From: Nostoc sp. PCC 7120 = FACHB-418
GTDB lineage: Bacteria > Cyanobacteriota > Cyanobacteriia > Cyanobacteriales > Nostocaceae
Assembly: GCF_000009705.1 (NCBI RefSeq)
Contig: NC_003272.1
Location: forward strand, 2,820,001-2,852,000
Length of the DNA: 32,000 nt
Reading direction: 5' to 3'
Position 1 is the first letter of the stretch; each line of letters opens with the position of its first letter. A model generated the notes under the pieces. The model made no database searches, was not told the DNA's origin, and worked only from the letters and a program-made list of their open reading frames with translations. Positions 27,122 to 32,000 of the stretch are shown piece after piece. The translations under genes were made by a program, and so were the position numbers.

Positions 27122-28534
27122 ATGGATTCTGTCCCCATTGAAACAGCTGTTTGTATAAATTCCGAAATCCTCCAGATTACTCCACCAGAGACAACACTCA
27201 CGCTAGCTAATCAATCTAGTATTCGCATTCCTAAAGATGCAATCCGCACTAGTTTAAAAGCATCAACTGTCGATTCTGTATTTGCAACAGTTTATTCTTT
27301 GGGTACTGGTGGGATTTTGCTGAGTAATTTTTTGGTGGAGTTAGATGCTAATCCCATCGTCTTCGGGATGTTGTCTTCAATTCCCATGTTGGTCAATCTC
27401 ATTCAGCCTTTGGGAGCTTACTTATCTGAACGTACCACCAGCCGTTTTCGATACTCCATGTGGATTTTTGGCATCGCACGGTTCTTATGGCTGATTTTAT
27501 TTATCGGGGTAATTCTATTCACACGGGGAAGTGTCGATTCTCAACAATTAGAAGTATTGACATTATCAATTCTATTAATCACAAATTTGCTGGGAGGATT
27601 AGGGAGTGCTTCTTGGTTAAGCTGGCTAGCAATGATTGTTCCTCGGCGCTTACGAGGTAGGTATTTTGGGTTACGTAATAGCGCGGCTAGCTTGACTAAT
27701 TTGATTTGTGTACCCTTGGCTGGGTTGCTTGTCTCCCACTGGTACGGCGGAACTATCCAAGGTTATGGCGTAGTACTTTTAATTAGTATCTTGTTTGGGT
27801 TTTTGAGTTTGGGATGTCAATACTTCAAAATAGATGTGAATCCACAATCACAACATGAGGTTATCCAATATCCTCAAAAAAATGAAGTTGTTGATACATC
27901 TGCATCCACCTTGCCAATAAAAATTATCCCACCACCAACTAATTCCCATAGCATTTGGAAAAACTCTAATTTCCTCATGTTTCTGGTTTATTTTGGTCTA
28001 TGGATGTTGGCTGTAAATATTAGCGCCCCGTTTTTCAATCTCTATATGCTAGACACATTAAATCTAGATGTAAGTTGGGTGACAATTTACGGTAGCCTGC
28101 TAGCAGGAGCTAATTTGCTCATGCTAATTTTGTGGGGCAAGTTAGCAGATAAAATCGGTAATCGACGTATTTTAATTTCTATAGGAATTTTAGTAGCGCT
28201 GACACCATTACTATGGCTGGGAATTGGTATTAATACTTTGGATATTTGGCTATGGTTGCCTTTATTACATATTTTACTAGGCGGAACTGCGGCGGCTATT
28301 GATTTATGTAATAACAATATGCAGTTAGGAATTGCACCATTAAGAAATCAGTCCATTTATTTTGCGATCGCCTCTGCTGTCGCTGGTGTCAGTGGTGCTG
28401 TAGGCACAACTATAGGTAGTTTTATCGCCCAATTTTCCCAATATGGAGGTTTATTGGCAGCTTTTGTTCTCTCTACTGCATTGCGCCTGTTAGCGTTAAT
28501 TCCCTTGTTTTTTATCCAAGAACCGGGGAAGTGA
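27122..28534 (+). CDS. MFS-type transporter (470 aa)
   Basis: About 12 hydrophobic segments split by a central hydrophilic loop, with an RGRYFGLRN motif after TM region 4-5. Confidence 0.75.
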   Translation: MDSVPIETAVCINSEILQITPPETTLTLANQSSIRIPKDAIRTSLKASTVDSVFATVYSLGTGGILLSNFLVELDANPIVFGMLSSIPMLVNLIQPLGAYLSERTTSRFRYSMWIFGIARFLWLILFIGVILFTRGSVDSQQLEVLTLSILLITNLLGGLGSASWLSWLAMIVPRRLRGRYFGLRNSAASLTNLICVPLAGLLVSHWYGGTIQGYGVVLLISILFGFLSLGCQYFKIDVNPQSQHEVIQYPQKNEVVDTSASTLPIKIIPPPTNSHSIWKNSNFLMFLVYFGLWMLAVNISAPFFNLYMLDTLNLDVSWVTIYGSLLAGANLLMLILWGKLADKIGNRRILISIGILVALTPLLWLGIGINTLDIWLWLPLLHILLGGTAAAIDLCNNNMQLGIAPLRNQSIYFAIASAVAGVSGAVGTTIGSFIAQFSQYGGLLAAFVLSTALRLLALIPLFFIQEPGK

Positions 28535-28574
28535 TGGGGAGTGGAGACTGGGGAGACAAAGGAAGTAATTATCT

Positions 28575-28702
28575 TAGGACTTACGTACCCAGATTGTCTG
28601 TTGAGACCGGGTGTAAGGGTGTAAGGGTTTCAATATATCCTTTCCTATACCCCTACACCCTTGTCTAAACCCTTGATCTTCCGTTTTCATGGGTAAGTCC
28701 TA
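28575..28702. mobile_element. MITE-like hairpin element, copy 1 (128 bp)
   Basis: Termini TAGGACTTAC..GTAAGTCCTA. The interior is also self-complementary (GGGTGTAAGGGTGTAAGGG / CCCCTACACCCTT). TA lies on both flanks. It sits between convergent MFS and accD genes. Confidence 0.6.
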
Positions 28703-28746
28703 TATTTCCTACTCAACAATTAACAGTCGAAACTCCCCACTCCCAT

Positions 28747-29697
28747 TTATTCAACAGCTGTGGAACTAAGACTCATCGTCTCCCACAGCACCATAGGGGG
28801 GGTTGTAGGGACGGGTTGGTGTAGGGCAATTAGTTGAGATAAGGTGTTTTTTAACTGGGTACGAGGTACGATGTCATCGACAAAACCGTGCTTGAGCAAG
28901 TCTTCTGCTGTTTGAAAGTCGTCTGGCAGTTTTTCCCGGAGGGTTTGCTCAATAACTCTGCGACCGGCAAAACCAATTGTGGCTTTTGGTTCTGCCAAAA
29001 TAATGTCTCCTAACATGGCGAAACTAGCCGTTACACCGCCGGTTGTAGGATTTGTTAGTACAGGTATATAAAGTAATCTCGCGTCGCGGTGGCGTTCTAA
29101 AGCGGCGGAAATTTTAGCCATCTGCATCAGAGAAAGCATTCCTTCCTGCATTCTCGCTCCCCCAGAGGTGCAAATGATGACTACTGGGTAACGTCGCTGG
29201 GTGGCTTGTTCAATCAGGCGGGTAATTTTTTCGCCGACAACGGAACCCATGCTACCGCCCATGAAGCGGAAATCCATGACAGCTAAAGCAACGGGTGAAC
29301 TGTTGATTTGCCCCAGACCAGTTTTAACTGCGTCTAATAGGCCGAGTTTGTCTTCCATTTCCCGCAGGCGATCGCTATAGGCTTTGCGATCGCGGAACTG
29401 CAATGGATCGGTAGCCCGCAGATTTTCATCCATCGGTCTCCAGGTGTTCTGATCTATCAGTTGACGGATGCGCTCATCACTATCTACCCGATTATGATGT
29501 CCACATTCGACACAGACCATTTGATTCGCTCTCAAGTCTTTGGTATAGGTCAACACACCACACTTAGAACACTTGTGCCATAGTCCATCGGCAATTTCGC
29601 GTTCTTGGCGTTCGGGGTTGGTTGCACCCGCTTTACGTCGGTTTGCGAACCAATCAAATAGAGACTTTAAACCGCGTGATTCTTCGTTGTTCGCCAT
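28747..29697 (-). CDS. accD: Acetyl-CoA carboxylase carboxyltransferase beta subunit
   Basis: Zinc ribbon [26 protein letters not shown] and carboxyltransferase body. ATG at 29697 (MANNEES) is preferred over the TTG at 29712. Confidence 0.93.
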   Translation of the reverse strand: MANNEESRGLKSLFDWFANRRKAGATNPERQEREIADGLWHKCSKCGVLTYTKDLRANQMVCVECGHHNRVDSDERIRQLIDQNTWRPMDENLRATDPLQFRDRKAYSDRLREMEDKLGLLDAVKTGLGQINSSPVALAVMDFRFMGGSMGSVVGEKITRLIEQATQRRYPVVIICTSGGARMQEGMLSLMQMAKISAALERHRDARLLYIPVLTNPTTGGVTASFAMLGDIILAEPKATIGFAGRRVIEQTLREKLPDDFQTAEDLLKHGFVDDIVPRTQLKNTLSQLIALHQPVPTTPPMVLWETMSLSSTAVE

Positions 29698-30083
29698 TTT
29701 TATCTTATTCAAGTGGGATACGAGGTCGAAAATAGGTCAAGCTATTCTGGGAAGTTAATGATCACAAGTTCCTGACTACTAACTTTTTGCCCTTAGTTAC
29801 TTGACTACATCGTCAAAATACGCTTATAAGCAATTGAGACATTAATTTTGCATCTTTGGTTGCCAGCTTAACGAAAATACTGATACCAATACAAGTCTCT
29901 AGTTCATCACATCTTGTAAATGTATTGGCAAAATTAAAGTTATTGGAATATCAACCCTACCACAAGACGCTTTTCCCCAACCCCAGCTTGAATTCTTGCT
30001 CCTAATCTCAAAATTTATGTTGCTAGTTGATGAGCAATCAGCATCTACGTACATTAGTTGCGCTAGCCAACAGGTGTTTCTTG

Positions 30084-30224
30084 AGGACTTACGGATGGCA
30101 ACGAAAAGCTAAAGGATTCAGGAGTATGGTGGTATAGGCGGCTAGTTAGCTTCACCAAAGGAGGTATAGGTGTTTAAAAACTTGATACCTTCCCAAAGTG
30201 AGGAGTTTCGTTGCCTAAGTCCTA
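30084..30224. mobile_element. MITE-like hairpin element, copy 2 (about 140 bp)
   Basis: AGGACTTACGGATGGCAACGAAA at the left end is mirrored by TTTCGTTGCCTAAGTCCT at the right. It shares AGGACTTACG / TAAGTCCTA termini with copy 1. Confidence 0.55.
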
Positions 30225-30559
30225 TTCCGTTAAGAGGGTGATACAAGTCACAAGCTGATATTATCAAAATCTCAAGTATCAATGGGGTAATGAACGTTAC
30301 AGTTGTGGGTAATGGGGAGTGTGACTATGTAGAGTTTTTCATCAGGTAATGAGCAATAACTATAAAACCAACGAAATAGTCCGAGTTTGCAGCGACAAAA
30401 GTACGAGGAAAGTTGTCATGATGACTGTTTTACTAAATTTAGAAGCGATCGCTCAGGTACTTCTGACAAATATTTCGTCACTGCAAGTGCTATCGTTGTT
30501 ATTAATTACTCAATAGCTGAAGATTTGACATGACTAGCTTTAATTTAAAGTAGCTAACA

Positions 30560-30916
30560 ATGTCATACTTAGTAGTATCAACAGATAAAGTTCGCCCTAA
30601 TAACGCGTTTCAACGTGTATACAGTATGGAAACTACTTCAAATATAATTCCCGAATTTGAAAAATTATTTAGACAAAAGTTACAATTAAATAATTGCAAG
30701 CTGAAAAAGAAAAAGCAAGAGAATAATTACGAGATTATTACTCCGGCGAAAGATATTTTTCTGATGTATTGGTGCGAATTTCCCGAAATTACGTTAGTAT
30801 ACCAACCTGTAGGAATACGTACAAAGCAAACTATGGTTTATGAGCAAGCTATTCGCTCTCATATTAGCTTTTGTGTAAGCAGTATCCAAGAAGGCGCCAA
30901 GATTTCTACCAACTAG
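30560..30916 (+). CDS. Hypothetical protein (118 aa; alternative start 30626)
   Basis: Only an ORF in an AT-rich region. No motif recognised and no clear Shine-Dalgarno. Confidence 0.3.
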   Translation: MSYLVVSTDKVRPNNAFQRVYSMETTSNIIPEFEKLFRQKLQLNNCKLKKKKQENNYEIITPAKDIFLMYWCEFPEITLVYQPVGIRTKQTMVYEQAIRSHISFCVSSIQEGAKISTN

Positions 30917-30991
30917 ACTGAGGAATGGCGATCGCTCACCGTAGGCGATCGTCAAATCCAAACAAAGCCTCAATGGATAACTCAAATTTTA

Positions 30992-31024
30992 TAAAAAAAG
31001 ACAGAATAGTTTGACATTCTGTCT
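30992..31024 (-). terminator. Rho-independent terminator downstream of the second thioredoxin gene
   Basis: The minus strand reads AGACAGAAT-GTCAAACT-ATTCTGTCT followed by TTTTTTT. Confidence 0.8.
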
Positions 31025-31151
31025 GTATTAATATTCTTTGGTGATTATTAAAATTCATTAATAATCATTTCTCACTGCAACAATGCTATAACAACTTTAA
31101 CAATACCTGGTCAATACCACAGCACTTGTTTTACCAATACTCAAAAACAAG

Positions 31152-31478
31152 CTAAATAAGCTTTTCCACTGCTCCACTAAACTGTTCATAAGGAGAAACT
31201 CCCACAATCTTTTCTGTTAACTCACCATCTTTAAAAATTAACACGGCTGGAATACTGCGAAGTCCAAACCTTTTGAAGAGAGGTTTATTGTTGTCTACGT
31301 CTACCTTAACCACTTTAACGCGGCCTTTGTACTCATCAGCTAGTTGATCCATTAACGGACTGACAAGGCGACATGGGCCACACCAAGTAGCAGTAAAGTC
31401 AACTACAACGACTTTATCTTCACTTAAAACGGTATCAAATTCATTTTCTTGAACGTAAGCAACTGTATCAGTAGGCAT
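31152..31478 (-). CDS. Thioredoxin (WCGPC), 108 aa
   Basis: WCGPC motif and thioredoxin length. ATG at 31478 (MPTDTVAYV) is preferred over the TTG at 31499. Confidence 0.9.
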   Translation of the reverse strand: MPTDTVAYVQENEFDTVLSEDKVVVVDFTATWCGPCRLVSPLMDQLADEYKGRVKVVKVDVDNNKPLFKRFGLRSIPAVLIFKDGELTEKIVGVSPYEQFSGAVEKLI

Positions 31479-31755
31479 TAATTTTATTTCCAATATCAAA
31501 CTAAAATTTTTGTAAACAGAAGAAGATGAAAGTATGATTGTTTCTGTGTTGATACAGTTAGTTGTTCACCACAGATACCTGATCAAGAACCTTGTCATCA
31601 GTTCTTGATACCTTACTAGTAAAAATCTTGAAACACAGATATTAAAAGATATTACAATATGAGTATTTCCTTTAATTCTTGTGGAAGTGTTTCATTAAGG
31701 CTAATTACGAGATTTATATCTTTTATATAGATATACTCTCCTGAAATAAACAATT

Positions 31756-31785
31756 AGCGCTCTACGCAACAAAGCATAGAGCGCT
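31756..31785 (-). terminator. Terminator candidate after infC
   Basis: AGCGCTCTA (31756-31764) pairs with TAGAGCGCT (31777-31785). On the minus strand it is followed by AATTGTTTATTT. Confidence 0.6.
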
Positions 31786-31801
31786 GAGAGTATTTTAAGC
31801 T

Positions 31802-32000
31802 TTAAGCGGGCATAATTTGAACAATGAGCGAGCGTTTATCAAGTGACTGGACTTTTCCTACTTGACTCAGATCAGTCACAATGCGTTCTAGCATTTGTCC
31901 GGCTTGTTCTCGATATTGATTTTCCCGACCCCGTAAACGAATAGCAAATTTAACGGAATCACCTTTACTCAACCACTGAAGCGCTTGCTCAATACGTAAA
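31802..32000 (-). CDS. infC: Translation initiation factor IF-3, C-terminal part (5' end beyond the window)
   Basis: My own translation gives ..LRIEQALQWLSKGDSVKFAIRLRGRENQYREQAGQMLERIVTDLSQVGKVQSLDKRSLIVQIMPA, stop at 31802-31804. This matches the IF-3 C-domain pattern (KVKxxxRFRGRE). Confidence 0.85.
   Translation of the reverse strand, partial: LRIEQALQWLSKGDSVKFAIRLRGRENQYREQAGQMLERIVTDLSQVGKVQSLDKRSLIVQIMPA

Noticed and set aside
30191-30210. Minus-strand ACTCCTCAC resembling the conserved Yfr1 sRNA core (ACUCCUCACAC), near a thioredoxin gene
   Set aside because: Only 9 of 11 positions match. The match lies inside the MITE-like element, repeated there as related GGAGT-containing units, and lacks the flanking two-hairpin Yfr1 layout.

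Overview
This window reads as core chromosome of a heterocyst-forming cyanobacterium of the Nostoc/Anabaena type. Three things support that. The HIP1 octamer GCGATCGC occurs about 40 times by eye. Heptanucleotide STRR-type tandem repeats fill many intergenic gaps. A 299-aa ORF (1638-2537) is one I recognise as the heterocyst master regulator HetR, preceded by a 948-bp control region carrying a TCCGGA (DIF1) motif at the expected place. From memory, gene content and order match the alr2339-alr2355 region of Anabaena sp. PCC 7120 or a very close relative (hetR, then alanine dehydrogenase 16 loci later); only an alignment can confirm this. I call about 30 protein genes: hetR, a class I/II aminotransferase, two thioredoxins, tandem vipp1/pspA, menB, ald, phnDCE, accD, partial infC, an 842-aa sugar-nucleotidyltransferase/phosphohexomutase-like fusion, an M23 peptidase, an MFS transporter, radC, a WD40 protein and others. 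I also call one tRNA-Arg(CCG), one frameshifted gene remnant, a 56-aa high-light-inducible protein gene missing from the ORF track, two MITE-like hairpin elements, several repeat arrays and terminators. I found no CRISPR array, prophage, integrase, toxin-antitoxin pair or recognisable defence island, and no convincing novel multi-gene system. The items most worth a second look are: an in-frame heptamer expansion inside the aminotransferase CDS; a bitopic protein with a SPOR-like C-terminus; an orphan 538-aa ATP-grasp enzyme; a PRK paralog without the P-loop regulatory Cys; a phosphohexomutase module with degenerate catalytic motifs, preceded by a possibly structured leader; and the MITE-like family. 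All functional calls rest on motif recognition by eye, with no database search.
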